From Ancylonema sp. (Eukaryota), in contig JBFLGF010000177.1 of assembly GCA_050230475.1 (NCBI GenBank), forward strand, positions 1-64,000: a stretch of 64,000 nt of DNA, given 5' to 3'. Below the pieces are notes generated by a model. That model did no database searches. It saw only the letters and a list, made by a program, of their open reading frames with translations, and was not told the DNA's origin. Of the stretch, positions 52,016 to 64,000 are shown piece by piece. Within the stretch, counting starts at the first letter, position 1, and each line of letters begins with the position of its first letter. Position numbers and translations under genes: made by a program.

Positions 52016-55000
52016 TATAAGCTTTTGAGTGATTAGACTTGCCGGACTAATTTGGTGGGCGACAAAACGAACCGTACGCAAAAGGATCTCTATCACTGAT
52101 GATCAACGTGCCAGGAGTTGCGTGTGTGGACCGAATTATTATTGTGATTGCATCGGGGATGGTAATACCCGTTGCGCTTTACAGATTGTTGCGTGCCGAC
52201 GGTCGGCACAATTGACCGTCGGCCTATCATAGACTGACACTCTTCTAATGTCAACGGCACATGCCGGACATTTCTGACACGCTAAACTAGCCAGTCACGA
52301 CGCTTCGCCAAATAACGTCTCTAAGCGTCGGAAACATGTCAGGTGCCCGGGCACAAATTGCCCGGCCCCGCAACAGGCACATCTAGAATATTGCTCCGGT
52401 TGAGTAACGTCACAACTGGACTAGCACGCATAACATATGGCTCTCCAAAATATTCTAACACACCCCCTCGGATGCCATGCTAACAAGTTGGCATAGATGC
52501 AGACATCAAAAGGAGTACCCAAGTCATTGCCAAAACATGGCAGAACCATCACATAACATATACAAACAATTTTGGTCTTCCCTAGCATAAAATGTGCTAG
52601 GGGAACTATCGATAAATGCAGCCGTTCGGAAGACGATCGGAAGACGATCGAAGCCGGGAACTTCAGAAGACGATTCCATGTCCTTTGTCGTTTTTCGGGC
52701 CCCTGCACATACAAAAATGCCACAAGTTAGGCGAAAAACAAAAAAACTTATGAAAATATTTTTGATTTCTTAACTTTTTCAAACTCTGAAAACTTCACAC
52801 TTTCCAGTCAGAAAAATCTCAAACATAACTTCAAAATTACAAGTCCATCGGCACCAACTTTTGACACAATCTTTGCAACGATGATTAGGACATACATACG
52901 AAAATTCAGAACAAACTGACAAGTTTAAAGTTCAGCAGATTCACACTTTCTGATTTCAAAGGTGTACTTAAGCGTTTTCAGGTGTCTTTTTCGAGGTCTT
53001 TGGGTGAAAGTGTGACTTAGCTGGATGAGGCTGAAAGTTTGGTTGTACCCTCCCCATTACTTCACTTCTGCCTGAAACATAACAACGCCAACATGCATGG
53101 CATTCGACACCTTCGATCATAAAAATAAAAGAAAACGACTGACACCCCCAGTTCAGTATAACCGTCCAAAACCTAGACTTTTGCTCTGTCTGTCCAGTAA
53201 ACCTTGGGGAAGAGCTTTAGTTAGCATATCTGCTGGTTGATTTGCGCCTGCAAGATACACATATTTTAGTCTCCCCGTGCTGTGGCATTCCCGTACCCAG
53301 TGTGATATACCACATTAAAAATGTTTTGCATTCTGTCTTTGCACAGGATTCTGGATCATGGAGAGAACTGAGGTTGAATCAGTGTGGATTGTGATTTGGT
53401 GTGGGAATTTGAGTTCTTTCAAGAGAGACCTTTAGATAACAGCATTCTTTAGACACACTACAGGCAGCAATATACTCAGCCTCAGCAGTGCTCTGGCAAC
53501 AGTTGACTGTTTCTGTGACTTCCAACTCAGTGCTGTCCCCCCAACCGTGGTTACCCATCCCAGTGACCTTGAACTTCCCTGTCATGCTACAACTGTTCCA
53601 TGATGCATCGCAGTAAACCCTTTACTTCAAATGTGTCTTTTCCCACAAACGTCAGTCCGTGGTTGACAGTGTTGCCTTCAAAGTATCTGAATCTGAATAG
53701 TTGATGTAGAGCCTTTGTGCCACCCCAGGATTCCCCATGTGTTTTGCCAGTACCCCAAGTGCATACCCGATGTCCAGTCTGGTTTGTTTCATGGCATATA
53801 TGAGTGATCCCACTTTCCCACGAAAGTCTGTTATTTCTTCAGGGGTAGGGGGAAGAGTTGGTTCATCATTCTGTGTGAATTGATCCAGGGGCGAGTGGGA
53901 GTTTGGTTGGATTACACTCGTGCATCCCATAGCGTTCAAGCACTCCCCTTAAGAATCCTGACTGTCCCAGTGCGAGCAGTCTTCTCTGTCTATCCCTCTT
54001 CACTTCCACCCCCAGGATATGGGTTAGGGAACCCAGATCCTTAACTTTGAACTTTTTACCCATATCTTCTTTAAAAGTTTTGAACGACCATTGCGTAGGA
54101 CCTGTGATCACCTGATCATCTACATGTATGCCCAGTATGATTCTGCTGTCTGCTTCCCCCCTCATATATATACATGTGTCCATTACGCACTGTTTAAACC
54201 CTTCAGATATCATAAATTTTCTGAACATTTCCTGCCATACGTGGCTACTCTGCTTTAGACCGTATAAAGCTCCCTTCCGTCGTAAGACCTTTCCCTCAGC
54301 ACCCCCATTGATATACATACGTGGTGGTATTTTCATGTAAACTTCTTCCTCCAGACGTCCATGGGAACGCTGTGATTACGTCCATCTGTTCCAGTTCCCA
54401 GTCATATTGGTTTGCTATAGAGAGGAGTAGGGTGATAGATGTACTGTCGATTACTGGTGCAAATACTTCATTATAGTCAATAAATACCCTCTCGTTGTAA
54501 GAATCCCTGTGCGACCAGTCTGACTTTATATCTTTCAATATCCCCCTGTGGTGTTGTTTTGACCTTAAAAACATATCTGCACCCCACAGCCTTTTTACCT
54601 GGAGGAAGCACACACACCTCAAAGGTGTTGAACGTCTCCAGGGCTGCTAACTCCTCCACAATGGCCCTGTCCCACTGGTCCTCCCAGTCTGGCCTCATCA
54701 TCGCATGGTTGAGTGTGAGCTCGGAGGAGTTGCTGTTAGATGCTACGCACGCGTAGCCCGGATCCACAAGACCGTTGAAGCCAGTGTAGAAACTGCTGGG
54801 CTCCCACTCAGTCGCTGAGTAGTTGGCGTGTGCTGCGTCATCAAACTCCTCCCCATCACATCACAAGGTCCCCATACTCCGCAAAGTTGGCTCGCCTCCT
54901 GGCCATCACCCGATCTGCTACACTGCCAGGCTCCCCCACATCTGGGTTCGCACCCCCTCCTTGCACCTCCTCCTCCCCTGCATCTCCACCTCCTGCGTTG

Positions 55001-58000
55001 TTGATCCCTGATTGGCTGTCAGACAGCACAATCGTGGCGTTAGAGACCTCAGCAGCTTGTGGCTGGAAGTTGTCGTGCGGATAGTCGTTGGCAGCTGCTG
55101 GCTCAGGGACTGCTGGTTCTGCTGGTGCTGGGATTGGCTGCAGAACTGCTGGCATCGGGCAGAACTGCGGTGCTGCCGGCATGTTGGGGTGGACTGCTGC
55201 TGCTGGCATGTTGGGGTGGACTGCTGCTGCTGGCACAACTGCTGCAGCCTGGTTCATCTTCAGGGTCGGGGAAAAGGTAGAAAAAGTGTTTTTTGCTGCC
55301 TCCTGAATCTGGGGAGCTCTCCCCCCCATCAGCTTCGGGTACCCCGGCACCTCCTCAAAGAACCTCACGTCCATGCGTGATATCACCCCAGCTCTATGGG
55401 GGTCGAAAACATTGTAGCCTGCACTCCCCGCAGCCATCCCCAGAAACACACCAAAGCAAGTACGAGGGGCAAACTTGTCCCCTTGACTGTTCTTTTCCCC
55501 CCCAACCTTCAAATATTGGACCAGACACCCGAAATTATGACTTTTGTTAACTGTCATTCTCTTCCCCTCCCAGACCTCAATTGGAATTTTTCCCAGAAAG
55601 CGACTTAGTGGGTGTTCTATTCCTCAACCAGTGCATGTAACAATGCCACGTCCCAATAAGACTTCGGTAGACCTGACCAGATTAAGATGCATCGCATTTT
55701 TTCTGTCAATGTTCGGTTCAGTCTTTCACCGATTCCGTTTTGTTCAGGACTATCTGCTTCTGTGGTTTGTTTATCAATACCCTTCCCCCCACCGTAGTTT
55801 ATCCAGTCCTGAGACACATACTCCCCTCCCTTATCTGTCCGAATAGACTGTAGTAGGGGCAGACCTGACTGGACCTCGAGCAATTGTATAGTGACTCTTG
55901 CTCGGTTCAGTGCTTCATCCATTGTTTTTAACAAACTCACAAATGACAGACGTTCTATACCTCGATCCCTGTCTGAGCATATGTATACCCTCCGTTAGCT
56001 GACCTCACAGACAGTGGCCCAATGAGATCTAGGTGAATGCGATTCATCTTGGGGCATGTCCCCAGATCTGCACTGACCTTAGCATGACTGAGCTGAGTCA
56101 TCTTCCCCTGACAGCAAACCTGACATCCCTTTACTTCAGTTAATTCCCCCTGACTTAACTCTGGGATGTCCCCACGTCTGGCGAAATCTGACATCACATC
56201 AGAACTGGGGTGACCCAATTTGTGATGCCAACCATGCTGCCTGTGGACAAATTGTATCATGAGATCCAGGCATAACGATTGTGGGCAGCAAGCAAAGTCC
56301 GACCACTAGGCTGCTGCAGCACATCAGCCCATTTCACATTTCCCTAGTTTAATTCAGGACCCGTGGGCAGCTGTAGAAAGCTCAGCCCACCTCTTCTGAC
56401 ACGATGTCGACACGAGGGTGCAGGCAAAGGTTGGGACGTGGGGGGCGATGGGACGTGGATCGAGCTGAGTGGCTGCACAAAAACAGTGTCGCCATTCCTC
56501 ACTCGGATGTGCACGAAACCAGTTCCCTCCACCTTGTGTGACTCAGCAGTGGTGATGAAGGCCTGCTGTGTGCTCAGGGTAGGTGTGTACTCCACAAAAT
56601 GTTCACGTGCCGTGAATATGTGGTCAGTAGCACCTGCATCCAGGATCACGGAGTCTGAGTGAGGACCAGCAGACATTGCCCGGGCAACATTGAATGAGAA
56701 AGCACCAAAAGCTAATTAATCCACATTAGCGTTGAAGGGTTTGTCAGCAGCGAGCAATTGTCTAGCTTGTGCATCAGCCCTCCTAGCAGCCTCTGGGTTC
56801 ATTAAAGCCATGTCAGATGTTCTTTTTCTGCATTGTTCAATTGTGTGACCGACAATGTTGCAATATCTGCACTTTTGCCTCCCCCCTGAACTTCCCTGAG
56901 TAGCGTGCGCAACAGTTCCAGCTGCTGGTGATGTCGCAGGGCATTGCGCAGCTCGGTGGCCTGCCTGATGGCTGTGACACTTTTTCCATGGCCCCGCATG
57001 GCCTCCGCCAGATGCTGGTGAAGGGCAGTTCGCTCTGATGTGCCCGAATTTGTGGCAGCCGAAGCATTCGACGCCTGCAGCGTCTCTGCGACCAGCTCCA
57101 GTCGCACCACCCAGATCTGCTGCACCTCCAGCTCCATTCCCCCCCCCAGGTCCGCCATAGTGCGCCTGGTGTCCTCCGGGCAGCGCCCCCCTTTTTCGGT
57201 CGTTCAGCTCTTTCCGCACGTCGTCGCGAAGCAGCGCACTCACGATGTGTGGAATCGTGAAGAGGTGTGGCGACGACTCCGACCATGGCATCAGCGTTGA
57301 AACCATCGGACTGTAATGCGTGTTCAGCGAATTCAGCAGGTTAATCGCCTGCTTCGGTGGCGATACTGGCGCCCCCAAATTCTTAAGGTCCTGATGCAGC
57401 TGCTGCAGACGCTTCACGTACACGTTTAGGTCCTCAGCCTCCGTCTGAATGATAGCGCTCAGCAATGCCTCCGTATTTGCGATCTCGATCGCACCCTGCA
57501 CCTGGTAGAATGTCCGCAGAGCATCCCACATGCCGGCAGCTGTTGTGCAGTCCCAGCTCCGATGGCCCCAGGTTGGCCCCAGGTGCTTCACAATATAATA
57601 TAAGTGCTTCACAATATACGACATAGCAGCCAGATTATCCTCGTCCCATTTCTCCAGCTCCAGTAGCTGCTGGGAAATCTGCTGTTGTCTCACCAACACT
57701 GCGACATCCACGTCGATCCCCCTGGCGCCTAATTGCAGCTCGTTATCAGGTGTCAGTGGAAGGATCACGTCTGCGCGACACTTTCGCGGCAAACTGTCCC
57801 AGTCCATCACCAAACGTGTCCGCCAGCCCATATTTGACCTTGAAGGCCCATCCTGTATAATCAGCTCCAGTAAATTGAGGGATTTGCGACCTATCCGACA
57901 TTATGGCAGCTATTGTGTAGGACTTCTCAAAAAATTCTCGCACAGCTCGAGTTCTCAGTGCAATTCCTGCATGCAGCACTCAGCTCAGAAACTTGCAGCG

Positions 58001-58607
58001 CAATATCAGAATTACGTGCAGACCCGAACAACACGAATATAGCTCCCTGGCAGAATATACCGTTCACAGAGATTACCGCAGCGAAATCGCGTGGAGCCTT
58101 TAGTTTTTAACCAACACGGCGTCTGAACTAGACCGCACGTGGGCCCATAACCTATAAGCTTTTGAGTGATTAGACTTGCCGGAGAATATTTAGGTGGGCG
58201 ACAAATCGAACCGTACGCAAAAGGATCTCTTTCACGGATGATCAACGAGACAGGAGTTGCGTGTGTGGAACGACTTATTATTGTGATTGCATCGGGGATG
58301 GTAATACCCGATGCTTTACAGATTGTTGCGTGCCGACGGTCGGCACAATTGACCGTCGGCCTATCATTGACTGACAGCTCTTCTAAATGTCAACGGCACA
58401 TGCCGGACATTTCTGACACGACAAAACTAGCCAGTCACGACGCTTCGACCAAATAACGTCTCTAAGCGTCGGAAACATGTCAGGTGCCCGGGCACAAACT
58501 TGCCCGGCCCCGCATACAGGCACATCTAGAATATTGCTCCCGGTTAGAGTAACCGGTCACAACTGGACTAGCACGCATAACATATGGCTATCCAAAATAT
58601 TCTAACA
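52016..58607 (-). mobile_element. Full-length Ty1/copia LTR retrotransposon (frameshifted), half-tRNAiMet primed
   Basis: LTRs 58153-58607 and 52016-52460 (TGTTAGAATA...AGCTTATA). 5-bp TSD ATGAA. PBS GGTTATGGGCCCAC 58139-58152. PPT GAGGGGGTG 52461-52469. Gag-PR-IN-RT-RH order. Confidence 0.97.
53170..57901 (-). pseudogene. Copia gag-pol polyprotein, multiply frameshifted
   Basis: Gag with knuckles CFGCHKFGHIRANC, a degenerate second, and CRYCNIVGHTIEQC. PR VILDAGATDH; WHHKLGHP; IRTDKGGEY; EQNGIGERLNRT. RT YKVRLVAQGF, QMDVITAF, LYGLKQS, IHVDD. RH STAEAEYIA, NQPADMLTKAL. Confidence 0.92.
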
Positions 58608-58660
58608 ATGAAGAGTGGATAGTGATGGAGTATGAGTAGTGCGTATTGAGTGGTGAGTAC

Positions 58661-59397
58661 CATAGTGGGTCCCCGAGCCGGAAAATATGCGCGCCGGCTC
58701 GGAGCCGGAGTGCGCGCGCGCCGGCTCGGAGCCGGGCTCGCAAAATCCTCGAGCGGAGCGGGACCCACAGGAAAAAAACAAAAAAACAAATGGTAGCCCC
58801 GTCCCCCGCTAATCGGTGGACTATTATGCTAGCGTAATACTGTTTCATAACACCTTGTATCCCGTCTTTATCCCGTCCCCGTTCACACCCTTGTCGTTTG
58901 CAAGCTACAATTTGTCGTTTAGCACGTCTCCCGTTTATCGTAATTTTCCGTACCATCGTTGTCCTCCCGTTCCATCATAATGTGTGACACTCATAGATTT
59001 AGTTTGTCGTTTGCGCCACAGAATCTGTCAGTACTTGAAAAAATCTCGCATCTGACGGGTGAGCGTTGTTCACCACCCCGTCCCCCCCCCAGATGTCGTC
59101 CGATTCCCGGAATGTCAGAAGATCTTCAAGATTCGGTACAGAATCTTTCAGTTGCCAAAAAAATAGCGGATCCGACGAACAAAATCTCTCCAGTAACCAT
59201 CAAAATATGGCTACTATGTTCGGGATGTACTGCCCAATGTATCGCTAACTAGTAACTACCTGCTTGGCAGAGAAGGATTTCGATGTTTCGTTGTTGCCAG
59301 ACGGCTCGCGGACGCGCTCCGGCTCGGAGCCGGAGCGCACGCGCGCCGGCTCGGACGCGTGCTCGTAAATTCCGCGAGCGGAGCGCGACCCACTATG
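58661..59397 (-). mobile_element. hAT MITE (737 bp) cognate to 4597-8712, inverted
   Basis: Same TIRs. Perfect 8-bp TSD GTGAGTAC. Confidence 0.97.
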
Positions 59398-59826
59398 GTG
59401 AGTACTACTCACCACTCACTACGCACTACTATGATATTTATCTCCACACACTCACTTACTACTCACTACAGTTTGCTACTAGCAAGTGAGTGTGGGAAGA
59501 TAGAGATCCACATGCCTTCGGTTATTCGAATTATCCACATATCTCCAGATTTTGAAAGATGGTTCAAAAACTCTGGAAATTTTATGTTGTTTATCATGTT
59601 GGCTTGTTCGTGGTGCAAAAATAAGAAAAATGTACAGGTTTATTATTCCCCGACATATCCAATTTACCCCCTAAATTTGCGAAAGGAGACCAATAACGAT
59701 CGATTAGGCCACTACCGGACCACGATCAAATCTTGGGCGACCAAGAATTAACAACAAAATGGATTTTCTGGTGTTGAACCACTACGCCGGGTGGTTATGT
59801 ATGGCCAGTACGGTAACACACGGTTC

Positions 59827-59917
59827 TTAGGGGTTTCAAAAATTGTTTTGGGTTTGGGTTTTTAGGGTTTCGGGTTTCGGGTTCTCGTTTTCGGGTTTTG
59901 GGACTAGGGCCTTGGGT
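59827..59917 (+). repeat. Degenerate interstitial telomere-like repeats (TTTAGGG/TTTCGGG/TTTTGGG)
   Basis: Read directly. Confidence 0.6.
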
Positions 59918-60307
59918 CTACAATTTTAGGTTGTTGAGGATGTTTGGGTTCATGTGTTCAATCCTTACCAAAACATGGGAATAATACTGATGTACATTGA
60001 ATGTACATTGAATGTACTGCATTCTACATAATTTCTTGTAAAGCATGCTATTACTATCCTGCCTGTTGGCAAAGAGTAGACATGAATGATGGTGCGATGA
60101 GAAAGTCAGATAGAAATACAGATGACATTGAAGCTGTGCCATTATTAATGTTCAAATTCCTTAAATGGTGGCCCGGTAAGACGGGCAGCTGTACAAGGGA
60201 AGTTGTCATGGTACAAATGATGGCAAAATTGCAGCAAAACTACCTAATGTCCACCACCCTAAACAAACGAAAATTTTCTATACACTATCTCGACAATGTA
60301 AATGTAT

Positions 60308-61401
60308 TTACTGGCCGGGCACGAAACTCGTGGCATACGCCCACGCGTTGTTGACGGACGGGTCGGCTAAATGGTCGTCGAGGTTCTGGAGGGGGGACTT
60401 GCCCGTGACGATGGCCTGGACGAAGAAACCGAACATGGAGAACATGGCGAGTCTACCATTCTTGATCTCCTTCACCTTGAGCTCGGCGAAGGTATCGGGA
60501 TCGTCAGCCAAACCGAGGGGGTCAAATTGGCCTCCGGGGTAGATGGGATCGGTCACCTCGCCGAGGGGACCACCAGATACTCTGTAACCCTCAATGGCTC
60601 CCATGAGCACCACCTGGATACCGAGGGTGGCCAGAATAGACTGTGCGTGGACGAGGCTGGGGTTTCCGAGGTAGTCAAGACCGCCGTCGGAGAAGATCTG
60701 GGCTCCGGCCTTGAACCAGACTGCCTCGCCGAACTTGACTCCGGACTTGGCAAGGAGCTCAGGGGTCAGGCACCCAAGGGCACCGAGCATGGCCCATCGA
60801 GCGTGGATGACCTGAAGCATACGAGAAGTAAAGAAGTCAGCTTCGATGGAACTGACATTTACATCAACGTTGCAAGCATTCCAGCATGCTCACTAGGGGC
60901 AGCAGCAGAGAATTCACAAAGAGTTCTTGAAAGGCAAATGCATACCTCAAGCTCGCGATTCTTGGCGAACGATTCGGGATCCGCAGAGAGGCCAGCTGTA
61001 TCCCATCCGTAATCTCCTGGGTACTCGCCGGTAAGGTAGGAAGGGGTGGCAGCGGAGAAAGGACCCAGGAACTTGGGACGGTCCTCGCCATACCTGAGAG
61101 CAACAAAGGACGAGGAAAGTTAGGTCGCAGTTGTACTCCGTAGTAGGAGTAGGGCAGGCAAAATGAGAGACCGAAACAGCACTTCAGCGCGCAATCTTGG
61201 TTTTAAAATTACAACTGACAAGTTCAAGGTGAGTGGGATGCAAGTATGGATGAAATCTCACCAAATAGACTCGGGGGCACTCTTCACGGTTCTCCTCATG
61301 GTCACACGGGCCTCGGCAGATCCGACACTCTTGGCGAGCTCGGCAGTCTGTCCAACGAAGGTGGACGTCATCACGGCGGGGGAAGCAAGGATGGCGGCCA
61401 T
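60308..61401 (-). CDS. Lhcb: Major light-harvesting chlorophyll a/b-binding protein of LHCII (Lhcb/LhcbM type), 3 exons, 263 aa
   Basis: Exons 61401-61262, 61093-60946, 60811-60308. [83 protein letters not shown]. Confidence 0.97.
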
Positions 61402-61581
61402 AGCTGCTGGATGTGAGTTCGAGTGTTGCGTTCAGAGGGGGGTGGGCAGTGAATTCAGAGGGGAGAATGACTTGATATGAACTTCTCAGCTAGCTTCGTA
61501 CTCCCGAACGCAAGCTGGCTACGGCTCCTATCTCCGAAACCAGGGAATGTTGCCAATCCAAGTCAAAAAGTACTACTCTGC

Positions 61582-61666
61582 GATTGGCTGCTTCCTTATC
61601 CGGCGGAATACTTTGACTTAAGACTTCAACACCTGGCATTGTGTTACAATCACGCTTCGCGATTGG
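61582..61666 (-). promoter_or_regulatory. Lhcb upstream I-box (GGATAAGG) and two CCAAT boxes
   Basis: CCTTATCC at 61594-61601 and GATTGG at 61582 and 61661 on +. These motifs are typical of light-regulated Lhcb promoters. Confidence 0.45.
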
Positions 61667-61761
61667 CGGATACAAGACTCGCAAAGCATAAAGTACGGAT
61701 AGCGTATCCCGCGTCCAATCCTGTGTGTTTCGTTTCGTCGTCGAAGACCCAAGGTCTGGGC

Positions 61762-62000
61762 TCTAGGGTGCGGGGAGCCCGGAGGCCAATGAGCCCGGTG
61801 CCCACAAGATCCGGGCTCATTGAGTCCGGAGCCCAAAGGTTGGAAAAACCCTCGCCTCCGAGCCCAAGGAGCCCAAAGAGGCCGGAGCCCAGATCGGAGC
61901 CCGGATCTCAGAGCCCGGAGCTCAAACCTGTCGGGCTCATTTGGGCTCCTTTGCCCTCATTTGGGCTCATATGGGCACATTTGGACTCATTTGGGCGCAT
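61762..62000. repeat. GAGCCCGG / TTTGGGCTCAT motif array (MITE-like)
   Basis: Many copies in both orientations, starting TAGGG. Confidence 0.5.
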
Positions 62001-62753
62001 TAGGGAGCGAAATCAATAATTGGGAAAAAAAGACGATGCATGTTTCTCCGCCGCTGACTCATTGCTTCGGTGACTTCATCGTTCGGTTTGTGACCGACGA
62101 TCAATCGATCATATGATTTTTTTTTACAACAATACATCATCACTGACGTTCCGTATTTTTACTTTGCTGTCGAGAAGTATTTGTGTGTGAGTTGTAGACA
62201 ATTAGGGAGCATACATGGTCGACAACGACTCAGATCCGGAGCTTGCCGACGCTTTGCTTGCTATGCAATAAATAAAGGATAGTCTGAAGGGAAAACAAAA
62301 CCCACAAAACGAGCAAAAGGAGCAGATATATGGTAAATACCTTTGGAAACATCATTTCCGCCAACGTCCTAGACTTGATGGGAAGACAGGTCACGAGAAA
62401 GCTGATTCACGGTCTTATCAAGAAGTTTGTTTGCAATGCGAAACCAGACGATGACGTCGACGAAAGCGATGCCACATCTTTTACGGGGGCGAAGCGTCCA
62501 TTGAAAGAGGTCTTCATGTCTAGTTTGGGTGCTATGGGCTTCATTAGTCTCAGTAGCCTCACACGCTAGGAGTTGGTGCAATGATTGGTGTGGTACATAT
62601 GTATTTCACACGATTGATCAATATAACTGTTTTGTATCACTTTCACTCATTTGTCACATATATGTGCCGAAAATATATTTTGTTCCATATGCACGCACTC
62701 TATCTTGTTTTTGGCTCAATATTGTTCGTTAGGGAAAAAGTAAACACTCCTAT

Positions 62754-63205
62754 TGTTAGGACCCTCGCTATAGTCACTAGGGCTCCTTAGCGAGGTTCCC
62801 ACACTTAGCGCTAGAGCGCTAATAGCTCATATTCCACTATAGCGAGTTCTGTCCCTATAGAGTGGGAGTTGTGTCCCTAGCGGCCGCCTGGCCCCTAGGG
62901 AGTATTCTGATGTGTCCTTAGCTCCGGCAGTTGTGCCGTTAGCCAGACTTGATGTGTCCTTATCATATTCAGAGTGAGTTATCCCACTTGGAGTCGTGGT
63001 TCAGACTTCAGCCAGTTCCTATATCTAGTCGATAGGATAGGAAAGCCTTTAGAGCATTCCTATCAACTCATGTATTTGCCCCTTCCGATTATTATCACCA
63101 CCCTTTTCCCCTTGGCTCATACCATCTCATTCATTCGGCATTTCGCCATCTTTCCGCTTGGTGCATATCGCAACTTGCTTGCTAGGGCGTCTTTTGCATC
63201 CGTCC
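62754..63205 (+). mobile_element. 3'-truncated LTR of the element-2 gypsy family
   Basis: Colinear with 43672-44125 but lacks the terminal CCTAACA. Confidence 0.9.
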
Positions 63206-63532
63206 ACCTATGCAGTCTCGAACATCAATGGAAACATGAAAATGGTAAGTGAAAGAGAATTACCATGCCAATCACTCCTAGTGATCCAAGTGAACATGAT
63301 AAGTAATGTAGTACAAAAATATGACCTTGAAATTGTCAACCTCGCGGAAAACACTAAGGATTTTCTCAAATTTTAATTATAAATGATCAATATTGTGATG
63401 AAGATGGTGTGCTATTAGCCACCCGTAATTAGGGTTGTTACCTCCGCGCCAACCGCGCGGCGGCCAACCGCGTAATCGCGCGGTGGCCAACCCTGACTGC
63501 GTTCATATAGGTAACGGTTGGCCCACCCGGAT

Positions 63533-64000
63533 TGTTAGGACCCTCGCTACAGTCACTAGAGCTCCTTAGCGAGGTCCTCACACTTAGCGCTCGAGCGCTA
63601 TTAGCTCATATTCCCCTGTAGCGAGTTCTGTCCCTATAGAGTGGGAGTTGTGTCCCTAGCGGCCGCCTGGCCCCGAGGGAGTATTCTGATGTGTCCTTAG
63701 CTCCGGCAGTTGTGCCGTTAGCCAGACTTGAGGTGTACTTAGCATATCCAGAGTGAGTTATCCCACTTGGAGTCGTGATTCAGACCTGAGCCAGTTTACT
63801 ATATATAGTCGATAGGAATGCCTTTAGAGCATATCAACTCATGACCATATCAACCCGACCATCGTGACCATCGGCTCATTCGCCCCTATCCTCGACCATC
63901 TTGACCATCGATTCATCTTTTCACCATCATTTTGTGTGTGCATTCGCAACCCAGTTTTGCTAGGAGTTCCATCAGATTCCACTCCTAACACTTTGATAGG
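63533..64000 (+). mobile_element. 5' LTR (63533-63990) and start of PBS of another element-2 family gypsy running off the window
   Basis: TGTTAGGACCC...ACTCCTAACA followed by CTTTGATAGG, as at 44134. Confidence 0.92.

Noticed and set aside
56716..56718. In-frame TAA between copia gag and protease as programmed readthrough
   Set aside because: Only one copy, in an element with many other lesions; a CAA-to-TAA decay explains it equally well.
62215..62569. Short ORF remnant upstream of the LTR
   Set aside because: Stops and frameshift, no recognisable family.

Overview
Eukaryotic nuclear DNA from a green plant. Gene style and protein sequences suggest a streptophyte alga or early-diverging land plant (inference). 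Four intact, multi-exon host genes could be spliced by hand, and all appear plastid-directed: PIFI (352-3890,+), a BADC/biotinyl-domain protein lacking the biotin Lys (18083-21747,-), a plant transaldolase-like protein (22447-27124,+) head-to-head with BADC, and a major LHCII Lhcb/LhcbM (60308-61401,-). The rest is dense transposon material: a defective hAT element with two cognate MITEs (8-bp TSDs), a full-length Ty1/copia with TG..TA LTRs and a half-tRNAiMet PBS, several Ty3/gypsy pieces, a TRIM/LARD-like element, MITE remnants and an ~830-bp (CA)n tract. The most unusual signals are: (1) three loci with a PPT-B-A-B or solo A-B split-repeat layout, two with a CA-NN-TR junction and one linked to a gypsy DDE integrase with a PHD finger; (2) co-varying Tf1-like self-priming structures in two gypsy families; (3) a TGA at the same position between IN and RT in two diverged copia copies; (4) a co-varying -1 frameshift stem-loop at the gypsy gag-pol junction. 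All alignments were made by eye and all family assignments are from remembered motifs; no database search was run.
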